64,000 nt of DNA from Rhodospirillales bacterium (GTDB taxonomy: Bacteria > Pseudomonadota > Alphaproteobacteria > CACIAM-22H2), in assembly GCA_016794005.1 (NCBI GenBank), contig JAEUKY010000332.1:5029-69028 (forward strand), in the 5' to 3' direction. Shown one piece after another: positions 54,453 to 63,360 of this stretch. The position numbers and the translations under genes were made by a program. The notes below the pieces were generated by a model. The model had not been told where the DNA came from and did not search any database. It worked only from the letters and a program-made list of their open reading frames with translations. The first letter of the stretch is position 1. Every line of letters starts with the position of its first letter.

Positions 54453-55222
54453 AGGCCCTATTTCTCAGATTGGCCGATGTCGCTGCGGCGATCTGGGGCG
54501 TGCTGCCGGCCCGCCTGCGCAGAGCCTTGGCGCTCGGTCTTTTCGTTCTCGAAGGGCGCGCCGGTGACCCCCGGACCGGCTTGCGCAATCTCTTCGCGAT
54601 CGAGGATGCACTAGACCTCGCGATCAACGAGCGCGCGACAGCCCTGGGGCGGGGCGAGCATCCCAAGCATCGCCTGACGCGCTATCACGACTTCTTCGTC
54701 GAGCGGATACCCGACGGTTCGTGCGTGCTGGATGTCGGCTGCGGCTACGGAGCGGTGGCACGCTCGATCGCGCGCGCTCGGCCGTCCGCGACGGTCCTGG
54801 GCGTCGAACTCGACAAAAGCCGTCTTTCGGCGGCGCAGGCAGCGGACAACCCGCCCAATCTTTCCTTCGCGCGCGCCGATGCGACGGTCTCGCTGCCCGC
54901 CGGGCCCTGGAACGTCGTGGTCCTCTCGAACGTGCTCGAACACATCGAGAATCGCGTCGGCTTCCTCAAGGCGCTCGTCGCGACGGCACGGCCGGCCACG
55001 ATCCTAGTTCGCGTACCGCTGTTCGAGCGCGACTGGAAGCTGGCCATGCGGCGCGAGGTCGGTGCGAACTGGATGTCGGACCCCGAGCATTTTATCGAAC
55101 ACACGCGGGCGGAATTCGCGGCCGAGATGGCGTCGGCGGGCCTTTCGGTCGTCGAACGGGTGACGCTGTGGGGCGAGATCTGGGCGCAGTGTAGGCCCGA
55201 TGCGGGTGCTGACGATGCCTAG
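54449..55222 (+). CDS. Class I SAM-dependent methyltransferase
   Basis: The start overlaps the upstream stop (ATGA). VLDVGCGYGAVA, GVELDKSRL and VVVLSNVLEHIENR are present. Confidence 0.75.
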   Translation: MKALFLRLADVAAAIWGVLPARLRRALALGLFVLEGRAGDPRTGLRNLFAIEDALDLAINERATALGRGEHPKHRLTRYHDFFVERIPDGSCVLDVGCGYGAVARSIARARPSATVLGVELDKSRLSAAQAADNPPNLSFARADATVSLPAGPWNVVVLSNVLEHIENRVGFLKALVATARPATILVRVPLFERDWKLAMRREVGANWMSDPEHFIEHTRAEFAAEMASAGLSVVERVTLWGEIWAQCRPDAGADDA

Positions 55223-56087
55223 GGTAAGCGTCGTTATCCCTTGCTACAACGCGCACCGCTATCTTACCGAGGTCTTGGCGAGCGTGCGGGCGCAGAGCTT
55301 CGGAGACTACGAGATCATCGTCGTCGACGATGGATCAACCGATCCGGCGACGGCGGCGTTTCTCGAATCGATCGGCGGCGGCGTGCGTCTCGTGCGCAAG
55401 CCGAATGGCGGCCTGTCGTCGGCGCGGAACGCAGGCTTCGCGGCTGCTCGTGGCACCTATGTGCTGCCGCTCGACGCCGACGACGAGATCGCTCCCGACA
55501 TGCTCGCCCTGACGGTTGCTGCACTCGACGCTTCGCCGGACGCAGGCTACGCCTACGCGCAGATCGAGGTTTTCGGCGATGAGCGCGGCGTCGTGCGCAA
55601 GACGTGGAACCTGTTCGAGCAGCTTGCGACGAACCAGCTGCCCTACTGCCTGCTGATGCGGAGGACGGTCTGGACGCAGGCGGGCGGCTACGACGAGACG
55701 ATGCGCGAAGGCTACGAGGACTGGGAATTCAACATCCGCATCTCCAAGCTCGGTGTTCGCGGCATCCAGGTCGAATCGCCCCTGTTCCGGTACCGCCGCC
55801 AGTCGACCGGCATGTTGCAGAGCGTGTCGCAACGGCGCCATGCGGCGCTGTGGCGGCGCATCCGCGCAAAACACGCGGACATCTACTCGTTCGGCGCGCT
55901 TCTCGATCTCTGGCGCAGGTGGCGCGGCCACCCGTCGACCCATCCGCTGGCGCTCGTCTGGGGCCTCCTGCTGGCGACCGCAGTCCTTCCCGACGCGGCA
56001 TTCAATCGGCTATTCTTGGCGCTGCACCGGCTCGGCGCCACGTCGCGCGCCGCCGCCGGAATGCAGGCCGGAACCGGCCGCGTCTAG
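55215..56087 (+). CDS. Glycosyltransferase family 2
   Basis: VSVVIPCYNAHRYL, IIVVDDGSTD and LPLDADDE (DxD) are present. The start is taken at MPRVSVV (55215); ATG 55200 is possible. Confidence 0.85.
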   Translation: MPRVSVVIPCYNAHRYLTEVLASVRAQSFGDYEIIVVDDGSTDPATAAFLESIGGGVRLVRKPNGGLSSARNAGFAAARGTYVLPLDADDEIAPDMLALTVAALDASPDAGYAYAQIEVFGDERGVVRKTWNLFEQLATNQLPYCLLMRRTVWTQAGGYDETMREGYEDWEFNIRISKLGVRGIQVESPLFRYRRQSTGMLQSVSQRRHAALWRRIRAKHADIYSFGALLDLWRRWRGHPSTHPLALVWGLLLATAVLPDAAFNRLFLALHRLGATSRAAAGMQAGTGRV

Positions 56088-56089
56088 GA

Positions 56090-56614
56090 GTGCGAGAATT
56101 GTCCAGCTTCCACCGCCGCCTCACCGCGATGTTCTTCTGCGCGACGCTGCTTGCCGGATGCGGGTTCCAGCCGCTGCTCGGCCGGCAAACGGGCGCCTCG
56201 GTAACCGACAATCTCGCTGCGATTCGCGTCGCGCCGATCCCCGACCGTTCCGGCCAGCTCCTGCGAAACGCGCTGCTCGACAGTCTCACGCCGCGGGGTG
56301 CTGCGGCGGTCGCCGCGCAATACACGCTGTCGATACGCCTGCAGGAGCCTCGCCAGACGATCGCGCTGCGTCGCGACGACGTGATCAGCCGGAGCAGTTA
56401 TTCGGCGGTTGCGATGTTCGATCTTGTTGACCGGCAAGGCCGCAAGATCGCGGCGGGTACCAGTACGTTCACGACGGACTACGAAATCACCGTGTCCGAA
56501 TACGCGACCCGGGCGAGTCTGGAAGATGCGCGCGGCCGCGTCCTGGTGCTGATCGCCGAGGATATCCGAAACCAACTCGCACTCGCACTCAAGCGCCCGG
56601 CGTCGGGCGGCTGA
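56090..56614 (+). CDS. lptE: LPS-assembly lipoprotein LptE
   Basis: The GTG start lies 2 nt after the GT2 stop. The signal peptide has the lipobox TLLAGCGFQPLLG, matching the LptE N-terminal pattern (GCGF-PL-G). It is about 174 aa and lies convergent with lptD. Confidence 0.7.
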   Translation: MRELSSFHRRLTAMFFCATLLAGCGFQPLLGRQTGASVTDNLAAIRVAPIPDRSGQLLRNALLDSLTPRGAAAVAAQYTLSIRLQEPRQTIALRRDDVISRSSYSAVAMFDLVDRQGRKIAAGTSTFTTDYEITVSEYATRASLEDARGRVLVLIAEDIRNQLALALKRPASGG

Positions 56615-56620
56615 TCCGGG

Positions 56621-58813
56621 TCAGAATCCGCGGAGCGAAAGCTCGCCGAGATTCTTCAGCGCGATCCTGAACAGCAATGCCGTGTCGGGCGGAATCTCGG
56701 CCCGGCCGATGTTGCGGCGGGTCAGGTCGAGCCCCCATACGAAGCAGTCGTCCTCGTAGATGAGCGTTCCGCCGGCCACGAGGATGCCGTCGTCGGCGCC
56801 GAGCTGCTGGATGACGCGCCCCTGGAAGCGCCAGTACTCCGAGACGACGGCCGTCACCGCATGGCCGAGCTGGTTGATCGAGGCCTGCGCGGTCGGCTGC
56901 AGGGCGCGATCGATGCGCACGTGCGAGAGCGAGTAGCGCAGCGCCGCCGGTCCGAGCGACATCGAGCTGACCGATCGCAGCAGTTCGCGGTTGGCGCTGT
57001 CGACCTGGAAGCGGTACGTCGCCGAAACCCACGTATGCGGGGCCGCGTTGATGCGGCCGACGAAATCCGAGAACCGGGAATCGATCCCCGAGCCCGCGCT
57101 TGCGGCGGACTCCGTCCGCGTGCGGAACTGCTGGCCGAGGAATACCGAGAAACGCTGGCCGTACACGTTCGAGTATTCCGTGTTGGCGCCGTAGACCGAC
57201 CGTACGCCGCTCTCGAGGCGATCGAAGCCGGAGAAGCGGTTCCGCCGGAACAGGTTCGTATCGTCGAACGTGAATCCGAGGCTGTCCTCGTTGGGCAGGT
57301 AGGCCTGGTTGCCCATGTTCGGCGCGACGTAGACCGCGGCGATGGGTTCGACGAGCATTCGGCCCGACGGCATCTGCCGGACGAGCGGATAGCGCCAGCC
57401 GATCGAGACCTCCGGCATCACGCGCGCGTTCGTGCCGTCTTCTTCCGGACGGAATTCGCGCGTCGTCGAGCCGATGCGGCTCGCGTGGAACAGGTCGCCT
57501 TGAACGGACGCGCCGAGCGAATAGACCTCGCCGCTGTTGGTCGTGTAGGGCAGGAGCCAGCTCGCGACCATCGAGCCGCGCTGCGCGCGCAGACCCTGGC
57601 TGCGGTAGATCGACGCCGAATTGGCCTCGAACGCGAAGCGCCCGCCGGAAGCTCCCGGTTCGCCATACCAGCTGTACTCCGCCGCAGGCAGGACGAGCGG
57701 CGCGGTCGACATGCTGTCTTCCGGGCGCAGGCCCTGGTAGCTGAAGGCGTTCAGGGCGGCGAATCCGCGATCGCGGAAGCCTTCGGTATAGAGCCGGCTT
57801 TCGAGCACGTTCTGGTCGAGGAACGCGAAACGCTGGCGCAGGCGGTAGCGGTCGATGAAGGTCTTGTCCGTCGCGCGCGAACCGTCGAAACCCCATCGCC
57901 AGTCGTTGTCGATATCGAAATTGCCGCGGCCGCTGATGTAGCCGCGATGGTCGCCGAAGCCCTCGCCCTCGCGTCGCGTATTCATGAACGCGCCGCGATA
58001 CTCGATCTGGCCGTTGCGGGCGCGCTCGCGGTATTCGCCGGTCAGCATCGGATAGTCGTTCGACAGGGCGATCGGGGTGATCGTCGCGTCGGCCGACGGG
58101 CCGATCACCCAGTAGTAAGGGACGCCGACCATCGTCCCGACTTGCGACGAAGAGCTGACATCCGGCATCAGGAAGCCGGACTTTCGTTTCTCCGAGCCGT
58201 CCGGGTGCGACATGTAGGGCGTATACGCGACGGGTACGCCGCCGAACTCGATCCAGGCGTTCTTGTAGGTGACTTCCTTTTCGGCCTGGTCGTGCGTGAT
58301 GCGTTCGGCGCGGATCTGCCAGATCGGCGCGCGCGTCGGGTTGTCGGCGCAAGGCTGGCAGGGGCTGTAGGTCGCGCGCCGCATGACCGTGCGCGTGCCG
58401 TCCGAACGCCGCGCGGTCACGGCTGCGAAGCGCGACTGGTCGGCCATCAGCGCGCGGAAGTTCTGCGCGATGCCGTCGCGGAAATCGCCCGTCAGCTCGA
58501 GGAAATCCGAAAAGACGACGGTGCCGTCGGCGTCGACCAGACCGACATTTCCCGTGGCGGTGATGACGCCGGACCGGCGGTTATAGGAAAGCGAGTCCGA
58601 CTTCAGCAGCATCTCGCCTTGCGTCACCTCCACTTTTCCGGTCGCGGTCACGATCCCGAACTCTTCGTCGGACGTGACTTCGTCGGCGGAAATCATCGAC
58701 GGCAGGTCGGGCTTGGGCTGCGCGCCGGCGGACTCCGGCACCGCCGCCGCCAGAACGACGGCGACGACGCCGAAGACGGCGCAAATTACCCGGATGATTG
58801 GTGGCGTCGGCAT
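56621..58813 (-). CDS. lptD: LPS-assembly outer-membrane protein LptD (OstA)
   Basis: 730 aa with signal peptide MPTPPIIRVICAVFGVVAVVLAAAVPESAGA. It has an OstA_N-like N-domain (ADEVTSDEEFGIVTATGKVEVTQGEMLLKSDSLSYN) and a long beta-barrel region ending in an aromatic residue (RGF). Confidence 0.9.
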   Translation of the reverse strand: MPTPPIIRVICAVFGVVAVVLAAAVPESAGAQPKPDLPSMISADEVTSDEEFGIVTATGKVEVTQGEMLLKSDSLSYNRRSGVITATGNVGLVDADGTVVFSDFLELTGDFRDGIAQNFRALMADQSRFAAVTARRSDGTRTVMRRATYSPCQPCADNPTRAPIWQIRAERITHDQAEKEVTYKNAWIEFGGVPVAYTPYMSHPDGSEKRKSGFLMPDVSSSSQVGTMVGVPYYWVIGPSADATITPIALSNDYPMLTGEYRERARNGQIEYRGAFMNTRREGEGFGDHRGYISGRGNFDIDNDWRWGFDGSRATDKTFIDRYRLRQRFAFLDQNVLESRLYTEGFRDRGFAALNAFSYQGLRPEDSMSTAPLVLPAAEYSWYGEPGASGGRFAFEANSASIYRSQGLRAQRGSMVASWLLPYTTNSGEVYSLGASVQGDLFHASRIGSTTREFRPEEDGTNARVMPEVSIGWRYPLVRQMPSGRMLVEPIAAVYVAPNMGNQAYLPNEDSLGFTFDDTNLFRRNRFSGFDRLESGVRSVYGANTEYSNVYGQRFSVFLGQQFRTRTESAASAGSGIDSRFSDFVGRINAAPHTWVSATYRFQVDSANRELLRSVSSMSLGPAALRYSLSHVRIDRALQPTAQASINQLGHAVTAVVSEYWRFQGRVIQQLGADDGILVAGGTLIYEDDCFVWGLDLTRRNIGRAEIPPDTALLFRIALKNLGELSLRGF

Positions 58814-58966
58814 CGGTCGGCGAGGTCGAAATCTCTATTTTTCTCAAGATTTTCAGATACTTAGAAGAATATTCGGCTCATTATAGCGACGGGCAGGCGG
58901 AAAGCCATCTGATAAATGCCGTGCGGCGGTGCTGCGGGCATTCATCCGCCGGAACCAACCTGCTAT

Positions 58967-59680
58967 ATGGACACCCGATTCACACGACTTGCCGGACCGC
59001 CCGAATTGCAGCTTCCCCTTCGCCTTTCACCGTCGATCCTGGCGGCCGATTTCGCCGATCTCGGCAACGAGGTCCGGGCGATTTCGGCGGCGGGCGCGGA
59101 TTACATCCACGTCGACGTGATGGATGGGCATTTCGTTCCGAATCTGACCATCGGGCCGGCCGTCGTCAGGGCCCTGCGGCCGCACACCGACAGGCCGTTC
59201 GACGTGCATCTGATGATCTCGCCTGTCGATCCCTATGTCGCGGCCTTCGCCGAAGCCGGTGCGGACATCATCACCGTGCATCCGGAAGCGGGGCCGCACG
59301 TGCATCGCACGCTGCAGCTCGTGCGCGGCCTCGGCAAGCGCGCGGGGATCGCGATCAATCCGGGCACGCCGGTCGAGTCCGTTTTCCCGCTGCTGCCCGA
59401 CGCTGATCTCGTCCTCGTCATGTCCGTCAATCCGGGCTTCGGCGGGCAAGGCTTCATTCCGGGCGCGCTCGACAAGATCGCCGCCCTGCGCGCGCGCATC
59501 GACGCCCTCTGCGCCGGAACGGAGCGGCGCATCGATCTCGAGGTCGACGGCGGCATCAATCCGCAGACCGCCGCGCGCGTGCGCGCGGCCGGCGCCGACG
59601 TCCTCGTCGCGGGAACGGCCGCGTTCGCGGGCGGGCGCCCGCGCTACGAAGCCAATCTGCGCGCGCTGCGCGGGGCCTAG
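58967..59680 (+). CDS. rpe: Ribulose-phosphate 3-epimerase
   Basis: SPSILAADFADLGNEV...GADYIHVDVMDGHFVPNLTIGP, VHLM, MSVNPGFGGQGF and EVDGGIN are present. The start is trimmed to MDTRF (58967). Confidence 0.9.
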   Translation: MDTRFTRLAGPPELQLPLRLSPSILAADFADLGNEVRAISAAGADYIHVDVMDGHFVPNLTIGPAVVRALRPHTDRPFDVHLMISPVDPYVAAFAEAGADIITVHPEAGPHVHRTLQLVRGLGKRAGIAINPGTPVESVFPLLPDADLVLVMSVNPGFGGQGFIPGALDKIAALRARIDALCAGTERRIDLEVDGGINPQTAARVRAAGADVLVAGTAAFAGGRPRYEANLRALRGA

Positions 59681-59683
59681 CAG

Positions 59684-61318
59684 ATGGTCAGGCGCAGGCG
59701 GCGATCGCGCTGGTCCGATTTCTGGCGCTCGACGCCTTTCTACGGTTTTCTTCTGAAGGGCCGCACGCCGGCGCGTCTGGCGCGTCTGGTGCCCGCACCG
59801 CTCGCGGGATCGGCGGCGCGCGGCGAGTCCATCGTTGGCGGCATGTTGGCATGCGCCGGACGCGGACTTCCGGCCGAACGGCCTGACTGGTTCGCGGCCG
59901 GCATTTCCGACGCCGCGCTCGACGAGCTGAACGCCTTCGAATGGCTCGACGATCTGGCTGCCTGCGGTACGGAAGCCGCGCAATCGCGCGCCCGCGCGCT
60001 GGTCGAGGACTGGATCTACGCGAATCCCGGGTGGCGGCCGGGCGCGTGGGATCCGGCGACGACCGGCCGGCGGCTCGCCGCATGGCTCGCGCACGCGCCG
60101 TTTCTTTCGCGCGGCGAGGGCGACAGGTTCGGTCCGATGTTCCTCGAATCCGCGGCGCGTCAGGCTCGCCATCTCGCGCGCGCGGCGCCTTCCGCCCCGG
60201 CGGGCGTCGCGCGGCTCGCCGCATTGTGCGGACTCGTCTACGCGCAGGCCTGCGGCCTCGTCTCCGGCCGCGATATCGTCGCGACGGCGCAGCGCCTTGG
60301 GATCGAGGCGCGCCGGCAGCTGCTCGACGACGGATTCCACGCGGCACGCGGCGGCGGCGCCCAGTTCGAGGCCCTGACGCTGCTGACGGCCGCGCGCGGC
60401 GCGCTGGAGATCTGCGACGCCGCCGCGCCTGCCGACCTCAATTCCGCGATCGACGCGCTGGTCCCGGCCGTCCGGTTCTTCCGCCACGGCGACGGCGGAT
60501 TCGCGCTTTTCGAGAACACCAACTCGGGCGATCCGCGCCGCATCGACGCGGTCCTTGCCCGCGCGGGCTCCGCCGAACCCGCTCCCGCCAGCGCCCGCGC
60601 CGCCGGATTCGAGCGGGTCGCGGTCGACAGGCTGCTGCTGATCGCGGACTGCGGAGCGCCGCCCGGACCCGGCTTCGACGCGTCCGCGCACGCCGGCGCG
60701 CTTTCGTTCGAGCTGTCGAGCGGCCGCGATCGCATCGTCGTCAATTGCGGCGCCGGTCCCGGCGACAGTTCGGACTGGTCGCTCGCGCTGCGCGCCACGC
60801 CCGCGCATTCGACGCTTACGCTCGAGGACACGAGCTCGAGCGAGCCGATACCGGACGGCCTGACCCGGCGCGTGCCGCATGTGGAAGGCCATCGCGACGA
60901 GGTCGACGGCAACACCTGGCTCGAGATGAAGCACGACGGCTACGCGCGCGATTTCGGCTTCACGCATGTCCGGCGCATCTTCGTCGCGAACGACGGCCGC
61001 GACGTGCGCGGCGAAGACTCGCTCGTTCCCGTCGAAGGCGGGCGGGTCTCGGCAAGCGCCCGTTTCGCGGTCCGTTTCCATCTCGCGCCCGATCTTCAGG
61101 CGTCGATCGTGCAGAACGGGGCGGCGGCGCTGCTGCGTACCCCCAGCGGCCAGGCGTGGCGCCTGCAGGCGGCCGGCGCAGCGCTCGAGATCGGCGAAAG
61201 CGTTTCCTTCGCCGCGCGCGGAATGGCGCGTCGCAGCGAACAGATCGTCGCGGCCGGGACGGCCGACGCGCGGGGAATCTCGGTGAAATGGGCCTTCAAG
61301 CGAGTATCGGACCGGTGA
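59684..61318 (+). CDS. Heparinase II/III-like family protein (conserved alphaproteobacterial protein of unknown role)
   Basis: 544 aa. FEWLDDLAA, WDPATTGRRLAAWL, RFFRHGDGGFALFEN and HAGALSFELS resemble the heparinase II/III-like N and C regions. Its position after rpe is typical of alphaproteobacteria. Confidence 0.65.
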   Translation: MVRRRRRSRWSDFWRSTPFYGFLLKGRTPARLARLVPAPLAGSAARGESIVGGMLACAGRGLPAERPDWFAAGISDAALDELNAFEWLDDLAACGTEAAQSRARALVEDWIYANPGWRPGAWDPATTGRRLAAWLAHAPFLSRGEGDRFGPMFLESAARQARHLARAAPSAPAGVARLAALCGLVYAQACGLVSGRDIVATAQRLGIEARRQLLDDGFHAARGGGAQFEALTLLTAARGALEICDAAAPADLNSAIDALVPAVRFFRHGDGGFALFENTNSGDPRRIDAVLARAGSAEPAPASARAAGFERVAVDRLLLIADCGAPPGPGFDASAHAGALSFELSSGRDRIVVNCGAGPGDSSDWSLALRATPAHSTLTLEDTSSSEPIPDGLTRRVPHVEGHRDEVDGNTWLEMKHDGYARDFGFTHVRRIFVANDGRDVRGEDSLVPVEGGRVSASARFAVRFHLAPDLQASIVQNGAAALLRTPSGQAWRLQAAGAALEIGESVSFAARGMARRSEQIVAAGTADARGISVKWAFKRVSDR

Positions 61319-62307
61319 CCGGAGCTTCGGTCCTCGTCACCGGCGGCGCGGGCTTCGTCGGCGCGCATGTCTGCCGCGCGCTCGCGGGCGCCGGGTTCGT
61401 TCCGGTCGCCTACGACGATCTCAGCGCCGGGCATCGCGAGTTCGCGAAGTGGGGCCCGTTCGTCCGCGCGAAGATCGAAGACGCAGCCGCACTCGACGCG
61501 GCGATCGCCGCGCACGGCGTCGTCGCGTGCGTGCATCTGGCCGGATCGATCGAGGTCGGCCTGTCGGTGCGCGAGCCGGTGCGATTCTGGCAGAACAACG
61601 TTTCGGGCACGCTCGTTCTTCTCGACCGGCTGCGCGCGGCGAAAGTCGGCGCGTTCGTCTTCTCGTCGACCGCGGCGGTCTATGGCGAGCCCGAAACCGT
61701 GCCGATGGCCGAAAGCCATCCCAAGCGGCCGACCAATCCCTACGGCGAAACGAAGCTCGCGGTCGAAGCGGTGTTGGCGGCCGAAGCGCGTTCGCGCGGC
61801 CTGGCCTGGATCGCGTTCCGCTACTTCAACGCCGCCGGTTCCGCATGGGCCGACGGCATCGGCGAAGACCATTCGCCGGAAAGCCACCTGATCCCGCTCG
61901 CCTGCCAGGCGGCGATGGGCACGCGTCCGCCGCTGACGATTTTCGGCGACGACTATCCCACGCCCGACGGCACGGCCCTGCGCGATTATATCCACGTGGT
62001 CGATCTGGGGGCCGCACACGTGCTGGGCATCCGGCGTGCCCTCGCGGGCAGGATCGGCGCACCCTTCAATCTCGGCACCGGCACCGGCTATTCGGTGCGC
62101 CAGGTCGTCGACACGGTCGGCCGCATCGCGGGACGGCCGGTGCCGCATTCGTTCGGCGCGCGCCGGGCGGGGGACAGCCCGGCGCTGGTCGCCGATCCGT
62201 CGTCGGCGATGCGCGAACTGGGCTGGCAGCCGAAATCCTCAGCACTCGACACGATCGTCGCCGACGCGTGGGCCTGGCATAGCAGGCGCCACACGCCTAA
62301 AGCCTGA
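61315..62307 (+). CDS. galE: UDP-glucose 4-epimerase
   Basis: The GTG start overlaps the upstream TGA. VLVTGGAGFVGAHV, FSSTAAVYGEP, NPYGETKLAVE (YxxxK), RYFNAAG and DYPTPDGTALRDYIHVVDL are present. The long upstream part of ORF 59941..62307 was trimmed. Confidence 0.85.
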   Translation: MTGASVLVTGGAGFVGAHVCRALAGAGFVPVAYDDLSAGHREFAKWGPFVRAKIEDAAALDAAIAAHGVVACVHLAGSIEVGLSVREPVRFWQNNVSGTLVLLDRLRAAKVGAFVFSSTAAVYGEPETVPMAESHPKRPTNPYGETKLAVEAVLAAEARSRGLAWIAFRYFNAAGSAWADGIGEDHSPESHLIPLACQAAMGTRPPLTIFGDDYPTPDGTALRDYIHVVDLGAAHVLGIRRALAGRIGAPFNLGTGTGYSVRQVVDTVGRIAGRPVPHSFGARRAGDSPALVADPSSAMRELGWQPKSSALDTIVADAWAWHSRRHTPKA

Positions 62308-63328
62308 GATAAGCCTCGATCTGCCGGCGCGTGACCGCCGCCATGTCGCCGCCCTTGCGCCATTCGGCATACCAGGCGGCCGTCCATTCGACGGCGGGCG
62401 CGAAATCGAGCTTCGGCTTCCAGCCCAGCTCGTCGCGCGCGCGCTCGGCCGATAGGGTCAGGTACGGCGCTTCGGGCGGGATCTCGGCGTTCTCCAGCGT
62501 CCAGCCGGGCTTGCCGGCGAAATGCCGGCCGAACGCGTCGACCAGATCGGCGACGGTGCGCTTCTCGGTTGCCTCGGGCCCGAAATTGAAGGCGTCGTCG
62601 ATCGGGCGTGCGGCCAGCATCAGATAGCCCGCCAGCGGATCGAGCACGTGCTGCCACGGCCGCACGGCGTTGGGCCGGCGCAGGACCAGCGGCTTGCCGG
62701 CTTCCAGTGCCCGCACCGCGTCGGGCAACACGCGGTACGCCGCCCAGTCGCCGCCGCCGATCACGTTGCCGGCGCGCGCGGTCGCAAGCGGCACCTTGCC
62801 GGCGAAGTAGCTTGCCCGGAAGCTGTCGACGACGATCTCGCACGCCGCCTTGCTGGCGGAATAGGGATCGTGCCCGCCCAGCCGGTCGCCTTCCGCGAAC
62901 GCGCGCCCGCCGCCGTCGTTGGCGTAGACCTTGTCGCTGGTGACGACGACGATGCGCGAAACGCCGCCGGCCTTCCGGCACGCGTCGAGCACGCTTGCTG
63001 TGCCGGTCACGTTGGTCGAGAACGTGTCGACCGGATCGTCGAGCGAGGGCAGCACCAGCGGCTGCGCCGCCATATGGATGACGGTCTCCGGCGCGAACTC
63101 GGCGACGATCCGCGCAAGACGCGCGGCGTCGCGGATGTCGCAGATCTCGTGGCGCACGCAGCGTCTGGCGCCGTCGATCAGCGCGAAGAGCGACGGCTTC
63201 GTGGGCGGCTCCAGCGAAATGCCGCACACCTTGGCGCCCAGCATCTCGAGCCAGACGAGCAGCCACGCCCCCTTGAATCCGGTATGTCCGGTCAGAAGAA
63301 CGCGCTTGCCCGCGAAGGAGTCGGCCAT
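62297..63328 (-). CDS. rfbG: CDP-glucose 4,6-dehydratase
   Basis: FAGKRVLLTGHTGFKGAWLLVWLEMLGAKVCGISLEPPTKPSLF, HMAAQPLV, TSDKVY, DPYSASKAACE and RAGNVIGGGDW fit the RfbG pattern. The 3' end overlaps galE by 11 nt (convergent). Confidence 0.85.
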   Translation of the reverse strand: MADSFAGKRVLLTGHTGFKGAWLLVWLEMLGAKVCGISLEPPTKPSLFALIDGARRCVRHEICDIRDAARLARIVAEFAPETVIHMAAQPLVLPSLDDPVDTFSTNVTGTASVLDACRKAGGVSRIVVVTSDKVYANDGGGRAFAEGDRLGGHDPYSASKAACEIVVDSFRASYFAGKVPLATARAGNVIGGGDWAAYRVLPDAVRALEAGKPLVLRRPNAVRPWQHVLDPLAGYLMLAARPIDDAFNFGPEATEKRTVADLVDAFGRHFAGKPGWTLENAEIPPEAPYLTLSAERARDELGWKPKLDFAPAVEWTAAWYAEWRKGGDMAAVTRRQIEAYLRL

Positions 63329-63360
63329 GGGCGGACCCTATCGCGCGACGCGGGGCGCGC

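Noticed and set aside
57841-57852. GGCGGTAGCGGT, a 10/12 ops match on the plus strand
   Set aside because: It lies inside minus-strand lptD, on the wrong strand, and is explained by Arg-Tyr-Arg codons. It serves as a warning that ops-like strings arise by chance here.
56861-58864. 667-aa plus-strand ORF opposite lptD (also 56589-58352 minus, another frame)
   Set aside because: LptD on the minus strand (56621-58813) has a signal peptide, an OstA-like domain and a beta-barrel pattern. The alternatives are Arg/Gly-rich.
59027-61081. 684-aa minus-strand ORF opposite rpe and the heparinase-like gene; also the long 5' extension of the galE ORF (59941-61314)
   Set aside because: These are shadow frames with low-complexity Arg/Ala/Gly composition. 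The trimmed galE start at GTG 61315 gives the expected GxxGxxG N-terminus.
59684-61318. Heparinase II/III-like gene as evidence for glycosaminoglycan degradation or as part of the glycan locus
   Set aside because: This family member is a conserved neighbour of rpe in many alphaproteobacteria and its role is unknown. Nothing in the sequence ties it to the biosynthetic cluster.
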